NCBI GenBank assembly: GCA_025786725.1
Contig: JAHLTZ010000037.1
Span: forward strand, 62,001 to 126,000
Length of the DNA stretch: 64,000 nt
Origin: Syncephalis fuscata S228
Taxonomy: Eukaryota > Fungi > Zoopagomycota
Direction: 5' to 3'
The translations under genes were made by a program, and so were the position numbers. The stretch's first letter is position 1. Every line of letters begins with the position of its first letter. The notes beneath the pieces are model-generated. The model was not told where the DNA came from. It did no database searches and saw only the letters and a program-made list of their open reading frames with translations. This document shows positions 24,299 to 36,546 of this stretch, one piece after another.

Positions 24299-27200
24299 AT
24301 GTCTGGCGAAGAAAAAACCAATAACCATGGCGGTTTATTACAGGGAAATAATCCCATTGCTTTTAATAGCGAAAACATGCTAGCGCTATTTACACTCCAA
24401 GTGCGTTAGATATAACTGTATTTACGGCCGCTGACTTAATTGCGCATTAGATATGCCTTATTATTGGCGTAACCCGCTTGTTGCAATATCCAGCCAGTTT
24501 AATACGACAACCACGCGCCGTTGCAGAAATTGTTGGTGGCATTTTGCTTGGACCCACGGCACTTGGTCGTATTCCTGGATTTAGCAGCACACTGTTTCCA
24601 GAACAGTCGCTTCCGCTGCTGGATGTGTCGGCCAGTGTAGGACTTATATTTTTTTTAACTATGATTGGGCTTGGTATTAGCGTTAAGAAAATGATACGCA
24701 ACGCCAAAAAAACCATTGTTATTAGTATGGTGGGTCTTATACTGCCATTTAGTCTAGGAGTTGTAATGTCATTTTTGTTAGCATCGCAACTAAGTACAGA
24801 GGCGCATGAGCGCAACTTTGGTGCGTTTCTCTTCTTCTGCGGCATTTCCATGTCAATCACAGCACTTCCTTTGCTTGCTCGCATCATGTCAGAGCTTGGA
24901 TTACTTAAAACACCATTAGGGCCGGTGGTGATTGGTGCAGCAGCAGTAATCGACACATGTGCACGCTGCTTAATGGTATTTTTTACAGCTTTTACGCACA
25001 CCTATGCAGCTCATAGTGGTGCTTACGTACTGCTAGTTACCATTGCCTATGCATTAATATTAAGTTTCGTCGTGCGCCCTTTACTTATTAATTACTTTCT
25101 ACCTCGTTTTTATAATCCAGACACTGGACCCTCTCAGCTAGTGGTCACAGCAGTGATTATGCTTACACTAGTAAGCGGTTTTCTAATGAATATTCTCGGC
25201 TTCCATCCTATGATAGGCGGCCTAATGGTGGGAATTATCATTCCACATAAAGGTGGATTAGCTGTAAAACTTGCTGAACGTATCGAAGATTTAATATTAA
25301 TTATCTTTCTGCCTTTAGTAAGTATAGCTACTAGACAATTATTATTAAACTAACAGCTGATTATAACTAGTACTTTGCATTGACCGGTCTTAATTTGGAC
25401 ATTCAACTGCTTAATGATGCGTCTTCATGGGGAATAGTAATTCTTTTGGTAATTGTCAATTTAGTAGGAAAAGTGGTTGGTTGTGCTGGTGCGGCCAAAT
25501 TAACCGGAATGGAATGGCGAGAAGCACTGACGGTTGGTTTTCTTATGAATTGTAAAGGGTAAGTAGATTATATATTTTTGTGATAATAATAATAATAATA
25601 ATAATAACTGTTAATGATACGCTTTATAATAAATATTATTAATAATAATTTATTTTTTAACTCTAGACTAGTTCAATTGGTAGCATTGAATGCTGCACTA
25701 AATGCCGGTGTTATTGATCGAAAAGTATTTGCCATATTGATGATGATGTCGTTAATAACCATTATAATTACGGCACCAATGGCTCAATGGCTTTATCCGT
25801 CACACTATCAACGGCGCCTCATTCTTCGCTCTCGGCCGGTAACCAGAGCACCCTCGATTAGTCTATCGTACACAGGAGAACAAGCTGTTTCAATGAATAT
25901 ACTTTTATGTGTAACAAGAATGCGCCAAGTTTCAGGAACTATGCAACTGCTTCGTATGTTGAAGCCATTTTCAGCTGATAAACCACGTCGCATCAATAGA
26001 TTTTCACCAACAGCATCTCCACCGTCACATAATCATTTGCAGACACACACATTGCCTGACTTTTCTAGTCATCCTTTTTTTGCTAATCATCAGCAAAATA
26101 ATGACACAAATCAATCATTACACCAGTTTCTGGCATCCGCAGGTATCAACAATACCGACAATGTAGCGGAAAACAACATGCAACATATGTTTGGCAATAC
26201 GGCTACATCCAAGTCGGTAATTCATTTACTACGACTATTAGAGCTTGGTCAAAGAAATTCTACATTGATGAAATACCAACAGGCCGAATTGACCGTACGT
26301 CTTGATCCCGTTGTAAATGTTTTACAAGCATTTGCCGAATTAAACAGAATATCTACACGTGGTGCAATTATGGCAGCATCGGATCAAAAATTTGCATCAG
26401 CCGTAGCGGCTCACGCGGCCAGTATTGATGTAGACACCGTTGTTATCATGTGGTCAGCCTGTGTAGACGCAGAAACAAAACAGGAGGAGGTGCCACGAAG
26501 GCGGCTAAGAAGCGGAAGTGACGGCGCCACACGCAATGACACCATTAGCACCTTAATTCGAGATGTTAAAACACTAAAGTTAGTTGAGGGAGCATTTGCT
26601 AAAGTACACACTGGATGTGTAGCTGTTGTAGACCGTGGTCTGGGGCAACGAGAAATTAATTTACGAATGCCTCGTATACTGGCACAACCACCCGAATCGG
26701 CCTCATCGTCACAGCCTACTGCCATGGAGATTCACGAAGCTATGCTTCGACATACGGGACAAGCTGTAGAGTCTCCACCCTCCAGGCCTGATTCACCATC
26801 TTTGGTGGATAATCAGATCTCATCATCAGCACCAGCTTCTGTTTACTCAAAGGCAACACCTCATGCTGTAGCCACTGCACTTTTGCAGCATCATAATCAA
26901 TCACACCGCCTGCCTCATTCAAATTTAAATCCAAGCCACCATAGAGTTAGTATGGGTAGTGCCACTTCAACGGTTTCCAGTGTGGAGCAGCTTACCCGCT
27001 CGCTTCCAAGCTCGACGGTCCATTCCATCAATAGTATGCGCTCAATAGCATTTGCTGAAACATTACCGTTTAGCTTTAAGAATGGGGAATTTGGCAATAT
27101 CACTAACAATGACGGAAGCGACATGGGCAATGCAGCTGTGTTCTACACCGGCGGAGAAGATGGCCAATTTGCGCTTAAACTAGCGGAATTAATGGTGCAG

Positions 27201-27829
27201 AACCACGTCTTTGTCGAAGTTTACTGGTATCGCACAGTAGGCGAAGCATTACCCGACAGCCATCCAAGTAATTTTGAGACTATTCATTCACAAAACACAA
27301 CCTACGACCATTCCTTGCTAAAAAATCAGCCCAATATTATTATTAGTGACACAACTATTGTAGAACGGTCAACTAGCCAAACCACCCATTTGCGGCACGA
27401 GCTGAATAGCAGGCCGACTACTAGTCGAAGATTTACATTAGATGGGTCTGACATACGTGCAACTAATCTACACAATGATGTAGATATAAATAAGGAGCAG
27501 TTTATTGCAACTGAAAAAGCTGACACAGATGATCGCACACTACTTGGGCAATTAGATCATCGTATAGTGGTGCGGGAAGTATTTGTGCCAGCAGATGAGG
27601 TGGTAAGCGATCTTGTGGCTCGTTGTGCACAGTTTACCGGCCGGGATATTATTATCATGGGACATGGATTTACTGATCTTGTTGACGGAAAAATAGGCCG
27701 CGCTTTAGGAAGTGTGGCTACACAAGTGCTGCGCTCTCGATGCCAGGCCAGTATCATGGTGGTTCGGGCGGCCAAGCTACTATCGCCAAACGAGGTAAAC
27801 TGCTTTACGCCACCGATAATAATATTTAG
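24299..27829 (+). CDS. KHA1: CPA2-family K+/H+ antiporter (Kha1/CHX-like)
   Basis: RQPRAVAEIVGGILLGPTALGRIPGF, SITALPLLARIMSEL, GFLMNCKGLVQLVALN, and a USP-like C-terminus LGSVATQVL. The 3' end is uncertain: 27829 if an A deletion at ~27775 is corrected, otherwise 27974. Confidence 0.88.
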
Positions 27830-28672
27830 TATACCATGTTTTATTCATAATTGTTTTACAGCATTAACACATAGTCAAGTGCTTTTATTTATATTAATAA
27901 AATATTATTTCTCTCCTTCAAATTACGATATTACATATTACAAATTTAATGACTTTATTAATAATTTGGCGTAGCTTGTAAACTAAATGACTTGATAAAT
28001 ACAATTTAACATTTTTACGTTGCTTTATAATCAAATAATGTCAACAATAATGTTTGTATTAACAGTTAGTAACATGCACTAAAATAGATAGCTTGTTTTG
28101 TAGCCAAAATGCAGCGTTAAACTGAATTATTGCTGTTGTGTCGATGCTATCCACACTTTGACATGTATGTACGCATTGTTAATTGAATTTGTTTGGTAAA
28201 AGTAATAGCAAAGGCACAGTAATACATTGCCACTGCTTCTTTAGAATCAATCGATTTGGTTTGCGTCGCATGGCTTGGCTGTGTGGCAGCATAACAAAAA
28301 TTAATAGATGCAGTTCTACCACAGATGGGCTATACAGTGATATTGCCACATCATCTATGCAAATACTGATCAGATTGCGGCAAAGACTTATTGCATATTA
28401 GCACACTGTCAAGCTGTTGGTATACGCGTCCTTTAAGTCATCATGCGAACATGCTGTTACTGGTTATATTGCACATCAATGGTCAGCTCATACGATATAG
28501 CGTGTTGGTATCCCAGCATGGTCACAGCTTAAATAGCCTACAAAACACACACAGCCAATTATTGACATCATCATCACACGCTACTTTCTGCCAATACTCA
28601 CTACTACTTACTTTGTGCTAAACGCATTGTATTATCCATTCTATTTGTTTGCTTTAACAATTAGATATCAGC

Positions 28673-29073
28673 ATGAAATCTTCTATTGCCGTCGTATGTA
28701 TTCTAATCGTGGCTTTGTAGCCAGCGCAGCCATAATAGATGCCAAGCCATTTCTAGCTTGTCGTGGTATGTTGTGGTTATAATAAATATGCAAATTAAAT
28801 ATTAAATAGAAAATACTAATGGCTGAGCATACATTAGTAGAGTACAAGTGGCATTGCATATTATTGATTCATATATTAAGCATATGGTATAGACTGTATA
28901 TATAACATAGAATAGCTGGAATTCTCGAGACACTGATATTGGTAGTATAATTAAACCATTAATTCTATATATTCTTGGTATATATATTCAACAAGAATCA
29001 AGACCATCTGACAGTTGTCTATTCCGTTCGTATACCAAACTTCAGCGAATGTTGCGATTTATTTGCCATTTAA
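28673..29073 (+). CDS. Putative small secreted protein with micro-exons
   Basis: MKSSIAVVCILIVA(F)VASAAIIDAKPFLACR signal-like exon (needs one T restored at ~28715), GTATGT donor, short downstream exons containing Cys. Exon structure and end are uncertain. Confidence 0.4.
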
Positions 29074-30629
29074 TCAATGATGTTATTATATCGCTAACAA
29101 GCTTTTATTTAGTTGTGCTTATTCAGCTATGCAAACTTGTAACACTATTTTAAATTAAACATGTTTATCATTATTACTACATTAGTGTTATTATCAATAA
29201 ATTATATTTGTATAAATCTAAACATCACACATGATTAGTTACACCATTTTATAACCTTACTTACATTTATATATCTAAACCACTCATATGAACAGTCAGT
29301 TAAGTATTTATACTACTTAGTTGAACACTACACTATGTATTGAGAAAGTTTTTTAATAAACAGATAAACATGTCTTTTTTAATTCAATTGCAGCCTATTT
29401 CTTGCATTTGTGTCATTGTCTCAGTTTATTTATTGGTATGCTGATACGATACTTTGCAACAAGTATTGCACGTGTACTATTATTTAATATATTTCTAGTA
29501 CTCAGGTATACTAAATATATTACGTGATTATAAGCAATATTATAAATATTATAAATACTAATTGACTACATTATGTGTAATTCACGATTAATAATTATTG
29601 TCATTTTTTATTGTTTGGCTATAATAAAATACCAATATTGTGATCGCTGAGACAATCCACGGCAGTTGGTGGCATAGAAACACCAAATATACTTTTCCTT
29701 ATTAAGAAATGGTTGCTGTTTCCATTTGCAGCTAATTAACTAAAAAGGTATTCGACAACTCAACAGCATCGTATACGCCAACTGAAGCTAACCACTATGT
29801 AATAAACAAAGTATTAATAGAATTGAGTCGAAAAATTAAAGTAATGCAATATATTTCAATTTCGAGTTTATTTAAATCATTTTATTATAAACGTTATGGG
29901 TTATTGTAAGAACACACATCGAAATTTCCAGGAACCCGAAGTAAAATAGGCAAAAATTGTGGTATCCGGATTTAATGGCGGTGTCGAGTTTCAAAAAGTC
30001 CCTTCCAGATTGCGAATTAAAAATAGATAGTTTGCCGAAGATGTTTCAAAACCGACTTTTCTTAAAAGGGTACTGTTTTGATATTCGAAATAAAGGTAAG
30101 CTTTATAAAAAAGCTGTTTTTATTTCAACTTCTTATTAAACTCGGTCTGCTATGCAATATCATCGTTATAAATAAGTCTGAAATAACCAAAAAAATATGT
30201 TTATTTCTACTATAAAATTCAAATGTAATTGAAGGTATACAGGATTAGCATTGTTCTGGCACACAAGGGGGGTAAGGCCGTTGAAGCCTTTCTTACCACG
30301 TTTTACCTGTGAAACCACTGAACTTTTCAACATTTAGACTGGCTAATAGCATTTTATTTTACAAAAATAATAGCTTCAATATTGTCTCTTTCTGCCACTA
30401 TTCAGCATATCTCTCTTCTATCTTTGAATGAAATTTCTTATTAGAACATCATCATTGTGCTCTACATTTTCACCTTCTGTTATTAAGAATATAACCGTTT
30501 ATACATATTCTTTTTACTAACGATCCCGCTATTTGCTGGCCAAATAAGCGCCACAATCATTGGTAACGCTGCTTGCCTGTCATATCAATATTATCCATCT
30601 TTAGTATAAATTATCAAATCAATTTCGTA

Positions 30630-32005
30630 ATGTTTATTTTTAAGCACTGTGCCTATCGTTGGCTATATCAATATCTCTTAGCTCTAGGAATTGCTGCGCT
30701 GCTATTTATCTATCTTCTATCGCAGATAATGCAGCTGCTACACCCTGTGCTAACTCATCAATGGTCTAAAGAACCCGCAAGCTTACCGGTACCAAACATA
30801 TTGCTTGTAGGGGCACAATCATCGATGGATAATTCCTTCATTACTATTACTGGCCAATCCTCAAATGCCAATACCACGGTAGATTTAAGCAAAAGACTTA
30901 TCGCATTGAAAGCAGGCACAGACTATGTAGCTGCAGACGATCATGCGACATCAGCATGGTTGCTAAATGTTGATCCTCAATGGAGACTACTACCAGCATC
31001 AGCTACCATTGATGGTCTAAATCGATTTACTCAACTTAGTATCGCTGTACAGCGTGGTAGTCCAGACCTTCCTGTCGATCCTGCCACCCAATCGTCTTTA
31101 TGGTTGGATCCTCCACGCATTTATCTGATTAGAAATTCGCTTGCTAGTCTTCCAATTAACTTACCCTCGCTTGAGACGCAACCATGGGCATTTCTTCGAT
31201 GGAATCGACGCAACTATGTTCGCTATACTGAAGAACACGAGATATTGCCCAACAATACTCGAAAGATTATAGGCGCACTCTAAGCACAACAAATTTACCA
31301 TTTTCTCGTAATATGAATAGAATAGAGCTGATTATCGCGCCGCAAATGCTTCCCACCAGAGATGGGCAGAAATATCTAGTTGCGACGCACGGTTTATATA
31401 ACAACTATTCTATCATCAACCTTTTGGAAAGTATTGTGCTTATACTGGCTATTGGTATTGTAGCTATCGTGGCCATTTTCTATCCTCAAGCCGCAAAATC
31501 CGAACCAAATTTAGTACGCGGAAATTACACCAATTACAGGAGAGAGTCTGGTTTGTTCATAAGCGCACCAGTTGCAATCAGTCACGGGCAACAGCTAACT
31601 GAAGTTAATTCGCTTACAAAATCCACTGAGTCATCGCTCCAGCTCAATAATACAAATCCGACATTAGTTGGCAACGCTGATGTGGATGCATTTTCTTCAG
31701 ATTCTAATGTAACAAAACCCGGAGCCGATGAGACGGAATTATCATCGAGCCATGAATCTGATGATGCTCTTATGGCACTTGAGGAATCTTTTTCGTCTAA
31801 ATACAGCGAGTCATTAGCAAATTCGTCAATCCAAAGAAACCGAAAATATTGCTACAATACCTATAGTGTTCAGCCATCGGATGAATGGACAAGGGATTCG
31901 CAGTACTACGAGGGATGTCAATCCGAAATCTCGATAGACATTTCTGATGGAGATATTGCAGTAGCAAGACACGCAACTATACGATCTCTTGTATCTAACA
32001 TTTGA
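30630..32005 (+). CDS. Uncharacterised two-TM membrane protein, divergent paralog of 11093-13343
   Basis: TM1 followed by HPVLTHQWSKEPASLPVPNILLVG (paralog NPVILHRNYWSPRIFSVPPISLEG), VDLSKRL versus IDLTNYL, TM2 LLESIVLILAIGIVAIVAIF. The two ORFs join by an A deletion at ~31263. Confidence 0.6.
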
Positions 32006-32700
32006 TCCAAACTGTTTTGTGTATTTCAACCTACTGATACTTTTAATAAATCCCAAAAGCGCCATTTATGATTATCTATATGTTCAAATCGTTCGTTTAT
32101 TCTTTGTCGTACTAAACAAGTGCATAATTAGAACAGGCCAAAGCCTGAAACACGTTTGTTTGAATTTATCAAGGCAAAGAACTGGCCTGTGTTTAAATGG
32201 AACATTGGCTGAAAATAAAAATATTTATTTATTTTATTTCAGTATAAGTTATATTAGACCAGCAAGATATAAATGTACTATATATAGCTGTGATTACATC
32301 CATATTGTAACAATTGGGTCTAAAGTGTAAAGTAATTAAACGCTTCATGCTTTGCTGCACTAGACATGTCTACATTTGGCGATGAAACTGGAGACCAATG
32401 AAAATGTGATGTCTGTGCCTTGACAAATTTGCAATGACTTGGCTGCAACGTGACATGTCGCATGCCTAGTGGATTACGCCGTTCAATTAATAGCCAGTGG
32501 GCTACAACACATGTATAACTTTTCTACAATTTCCCCTCATTTTCTAGCAGTGCTGAACAAAGAAACTACATCATACCGCCTCTTTGTATCGCCTATAACA
32601 TCTTCTGAGCATAAATAAAGAATAGCTCTAATTCAGTACATTTTTTTTACTGTTTTGTCCACCAACATTTATAATAATAATAACACTTTGATTCAACAAC

Positions 32701-33885
32701 ATGAAGCTTTATTTATTTATATCATCTATAACTTTTACCTTTGCCACGTTGACCGATGGTGCCGGACCTAGACATGGCTTTGGCCAATCTGCTCCCATCT
32801 CCAAAAATCTAGCTGATCAAACTCAGAATGGCTATATTATTAAATTGAAACCAGGATTCAAGGAACAAGATTTTAATTCTCGTGTAAATGGGTTTAAATC
32901 AATGGCAAGTCGATTCCAGCATAAATACAACTATGGTAGATTTCAAGGATTTGCCAGCAAACTTTCTTCTGAAGAAATAGACTATCTTCAAAATGATGAC
33001 AGAGTAGAGTACATCGAGCCTCAAAGCATTATGTATATTGCTGGTGTTGTTAAACAGCCCGATGCGCCTGGCTGGGGACTGCCACGCATTTGCAATCGCA
33101 ATCGCAATACCGATACAACCTACGCTTACAACAGTGCTGGTGGCAATGGTGTTGATATCTGGATTATTGATACTGGCATCGATACAACAGTTCGTGATTT
33201 TGGCGGACGTGCTATGCAAGTTCGCAACTATATTCAGGGCGAGCCAAATACCGATACACATGGCCACGGCACCAGTGTAGCAGCTGTGGCTGGCGCCAAC
33301 ACCTATGGAGTTGCTAAAAGAGCTAAGCTGTATGGTATTAAAGTGATGAATAATAAAGGCCAAGGCTCGACGGCAGACATTGTTGACGCTATTCAGTATG
33401 TCACCAGCATTGCTCGTCGAGGCAAAACCGTACTTAATCTTTCGTTTACTGGTGGCGTATCTCGTGCCATTAATGACGCTATCAATGACGCCGTTGATGC
33501 TGGTGTCGCTGTCATTGTTGCTGCCGGCAATGAAAAGGTCAACGCTTGTCAAGAATCGCCGCCTTCTGCCGGTCGCGCATTTGCTGTCGCTGCAAGTACC
33601 AGTCAAGACGAACAAGCGTTGTTTTCGAATTACGGAACTTGTACAAAAATGTATGCGCCAGGCACAAATATCCGCACACTGGGTCTTAAAGGCGAATCGG
33701 TTGTGATTTCTGGTACATCCATGTCTGCACCTTTTGTAGCCGGTGCTGCAGCCATCTACATGTCTGTCTACAACTACAACAACATTAATGATTTATATAA
33801 TGCATTGATCAGAAGCGCAACTTCCAATGTTATAACAAAAATTAGCAGTAACTCGCCAAATCGATTGCTCTACAGTTTGCCTTAA
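32701..33885 (+). CDS. Secreted subtilisin-like serine protease (S8A, proteinase K type) with I9 propeptide
   Basis: Signal peptide, YIIKLK...VEYIEP propeptide, catalytic triad motifs IIDTGID, HGHGTSVA, SGTSMSAP. Intronless. Confidence 0.96.
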   Translation: MKLYLFISSITFTFATLTDGAGPRHGFGQSAPISKNLADQTQNGYIIKLKPGFKEQDFNSRVNGFKSMASRFQHKYNYGRFQGFASKLSSEEIDYLQNDDRVEYIEPQSIMYIAGVVKQPDAPGWGLPRICNRNRNTDTTYAYNSAGGNGVDIWIIDTGIDTTVRDFGGRAMQVRNYIQGEPNTDTHGHGTSVAAVAGANTYGVAKRAKLYGIKVMNNKGQGSTADIVDAIQYVTSIARRGKTVLNLSFTGGVSRAINDAINDAVDAGVAVIVAAGNEKVNACQESPPSAGRAFAVAASTSQDEQALFSNYGTCTKMYAPGTNIRTLGLKGESVVISGTSMSAPFVAGAAAIYMSVYNYNNINDLYNALIRSATSNVITKISSNSPNRLLYSLP

Positions 33886-34321
33886 TTTAATGCTGGTCAT
33901 TTGCTATTTAAAGCACACTAAATGACTTTAATATAAATAAACTGCTATATAGCACCAATAGCCCATAAGAAATAAACAATATTAAAACAATATTAAAAAT
34001 GTTATAGTCACAAGAATTAAAGCATAACATGTCGTCATTTTATCTAATTATTAATTATTTCTAGAGCTCGTTATTGTCGGTTCCAGCCAATAGTCAACTG
34101 TTGAGTAAATATAAATAGTCATATAGCGAGCTTACAAACAATTGTATAATTTTATGATATGCAATTATTTTCCGTAACAAATAGATTTCGTTACATGAAT
34201 TGAGTTTAAATCTAGTTACAAATGTAACTTATTACAAAGTTTTTTGAAATTATTTTTATAGAATAGAATTGATTGTAACAAACATTGCATTAATAATAAT
34301 ATTAAACATTTAAATAAAACT

Positions 34322-34850
34322 TTTAAAATCTGAAAAGTCTTATTGAGACGAACCGCGTTTTCTGCGGTGATTGTACTGGTCTGAGATGGTTTGGAAAACT
34401 CTGCTGGTCTGCCATGACATCCCGATTCCACGCCACTTGGCAGTTTTGGCAGACTAAGGTGGAGTGGTGGGTATGATCATTTACAGTAATCTTTTTTATT
34501 AGGCTTTTTTCCTTACAGACATGACAAATCTATTAAATTGTTAAATTGTTAAATAAAATAATGATTACATTAAATACTTACCTGAGAAGAAAGATATTTA
34601 TCAATTTTAATGGCAACAAGGTTTCACGACACTCTCGTTGTTTCAACATTTGCCAGCACCTGTTGACAACAGCAGATCGATGGCCCTTGTATACATTGTT
34701 CTGCTTGCCAAACATTGCATCGCGAATACAATAAGTGGCATTTTGTCAGTTGTTTGTAATCTTGCTGGACACCATCCTTCTTTCTCTCTTGGTGGATCAC
34801 TATTTAATTATATATAAATAATTATTCATACTTCACAGCTTTTAAAAAGT
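34322..34850 (-). pseudogene. Fanzor-like RuvC nuclease C-terminal remnant, family B, containing a spliceosomal intron
   Basis: Minus-strand reconstruction gives WCPARLQTTDKMPLIVF(G)DAMFGKQNNVYKGHRSAVVNRCWQMLKQRECR(G)NLVAIKIDKYLSSQ|intron 34581-34530|ICHVCKEKSLIKKITVNDHTHHSTLVCQNCQVAWNRDVMA//RPAEFSKP. It has RuvC-II (E replaced by K), CxxC...CxxC and RuvC-III WNRD. Confidence 0.85.
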
Positions 34851-35310
34851 GTAGTCATAAAATATAATCATTATGGCTATACAGTTCTTTGTATTATAAA
34901 AATCCAGAATTTACCTACTAAATGTTCCAAGTGTTGATATGGCATTACATAGAAAACACTATATAAGAAAATATCAAATATTATCAACAAAATATTTAAG
35001 CTTTTTCAATCCCTGACTATCCTGGCCGATTCTTAAATTGCTGTAGTTACTATTTTTATTGTATAAACGTAACAAATTACAGCCAAAGTAACCTTTATTT
35101 ATATTTATTTTATTAACTTAACATTAATTTTATCGAAAATGCCAAATAAATTGCTCAATTTACAAGATCAACTATAAATACTTGAATAATCGACTTGTCG
35201 ATTAAATTGATTTATATTTAGACTACTAGGTGTCATTTGAATTCATTCTATTACACTTTCCCTTTTCACTTGATATTTTAATTTTAATTTATTATTGATT
35301 GACTAGCTAC

Positions 35311-35985
35311 TCTAATCCCAAAGCAGCAGATCATTTTATGCAATCAATTGTAATGATTTGAATAGTTGAATTATGTTTAAATGATCATTTACAATAAACA
35401 CTAATGCAATATAGTAACATTATTATTTCCATAAAATAAAATGTAACGGAGCATCGTATCAGTAGCTGCTATTTTAAACATTTAAATAAATAATGTAACA
35501 TACTATTTGATTTCATTGAAATATTTGAGGTTGATTATTGTTGTTGTTGGCCATGTGTAGAAAGATTGATCGAATATTAATAAAAGCCATATGATTGATT
35601 CCATGTCATTCCGCATTTGTTCTATTGCATCTATGTACAACATGGATTGTTGCATCTGAATGCCTTTCTATTTTCTAATATTCTACTATTGTATTTTGGG
35701 CATATTTGCGATGTAAGATCAAGATTAATATAATTATTATAAAAGTTGTTTATTAAACAGTCATTTTCCTATAGCTAATCTGACTAAATAAATGGCATTT
35801 TGAACAATTAATATCATAATGACAATAAAGACAACTAATTACATATTATATTGATAATTACACATGAATCAATTAGTGTTGGATGTAATATTATGCATGT
35901 TATAGTGATAAATGAATGTTTAGTTGTATTTAAAGCGAAGAGATGAAATGGATAAATAAAATGTAAAGTCAAGTATAATAACTTC
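35311..35985 (-). mobile_element. Non-autonomous Fanzor/TnpB-derived element, family A copy 2
   Basis: Inverted copy of 178-882. Retains LTSQICPK and NKCGMTWNQ/HMAFINIRSIFLHMANNNN, with TGG intact where copy 1 has TGA. Confidence 0.8.
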
Positions 35986-36546
35986 CATGTATTAATTTAT
36001 TAGTAGACTCATGGGATTCAGTGTCAAAAGATCAAAGCTAACATTTTTTACTTGATTGAACTACACATTGTTGTTCTACTAAACATGGAGCTGGATGGTG
36101 AGTGACATTAAATAATCAAATTATACTGCTTTAAATACTTTACAGTAATAATAACATAAATTAACATTTATTTATTATATTTTATTGTAAGTAACCTGAA
36201 ATGCTATACCATTTATTAACACTAATATCAAATATTGAAAATAGTGCTGATTAATTAAGATTCTGGTTGATTCAATCAGAGTTGATATGCCACTACTTTG
36301 ACAAACCACTTTTCAGTAGTAAAAACTGATTGATGGTTTGTTATGCGAATTAATAAATTTTTGTCCCAGTTTGAAGCTAACGAGTCAAAGTGCGGTAGCT
36401 TCTGGATAATAATTGTACGATTCTTTGTAACAAGATAAACAATTATGATTAAGACAAATATTAGCTTTAATTTACAGCATTTAGCAATAATAAAATACGC
36501 TTAAATTGATAAAATAAAATACATTTTTAGAGCAATGTTCGCATTA

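Noticed and set aside
32899-33615. 238 aa antisense ORF
   Set aside because: Shadow of the subtilisin codon pattern with no independent motif. The same applies to 8136-8657, 60181-60525 and 62934-63380.
34340-34495. GC-rich island read on + as an H/ACA snoRNA, RNase P/MRP RNA or TPP riboswitch
   Set aside because: The diagnostic conserved boxes are missing, and the composition is explained by the minus-strand zinc-ribbon/WNRD coding remnant.
34574-34584. ATACTTACCTG resembling the 5' end of U1 snRNA
   Set aside because: It is the antisense of the CAG|GTAAGTAT donor of the Fanzor family B intron, and no U1 stem-loops or Sm site follow.
178-35985. A 36 kb giant transposon bounded by the two inverted 700 bp repeats acting as TIRs
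   Set aside because: Each repeat is itself a Fanzor-derived unit with its 3' end facing inward. The interval holds ordinary housekeeping genes (RPB3, DNAJC11), with no transposase and no TSD seen. At most a substrate for inversion.
36000-36440. Possible further transposon remnant beside the Fanzor family A copy 2
   Set aside because: Short open stretches but no recognisable transposase or RuvC motif.
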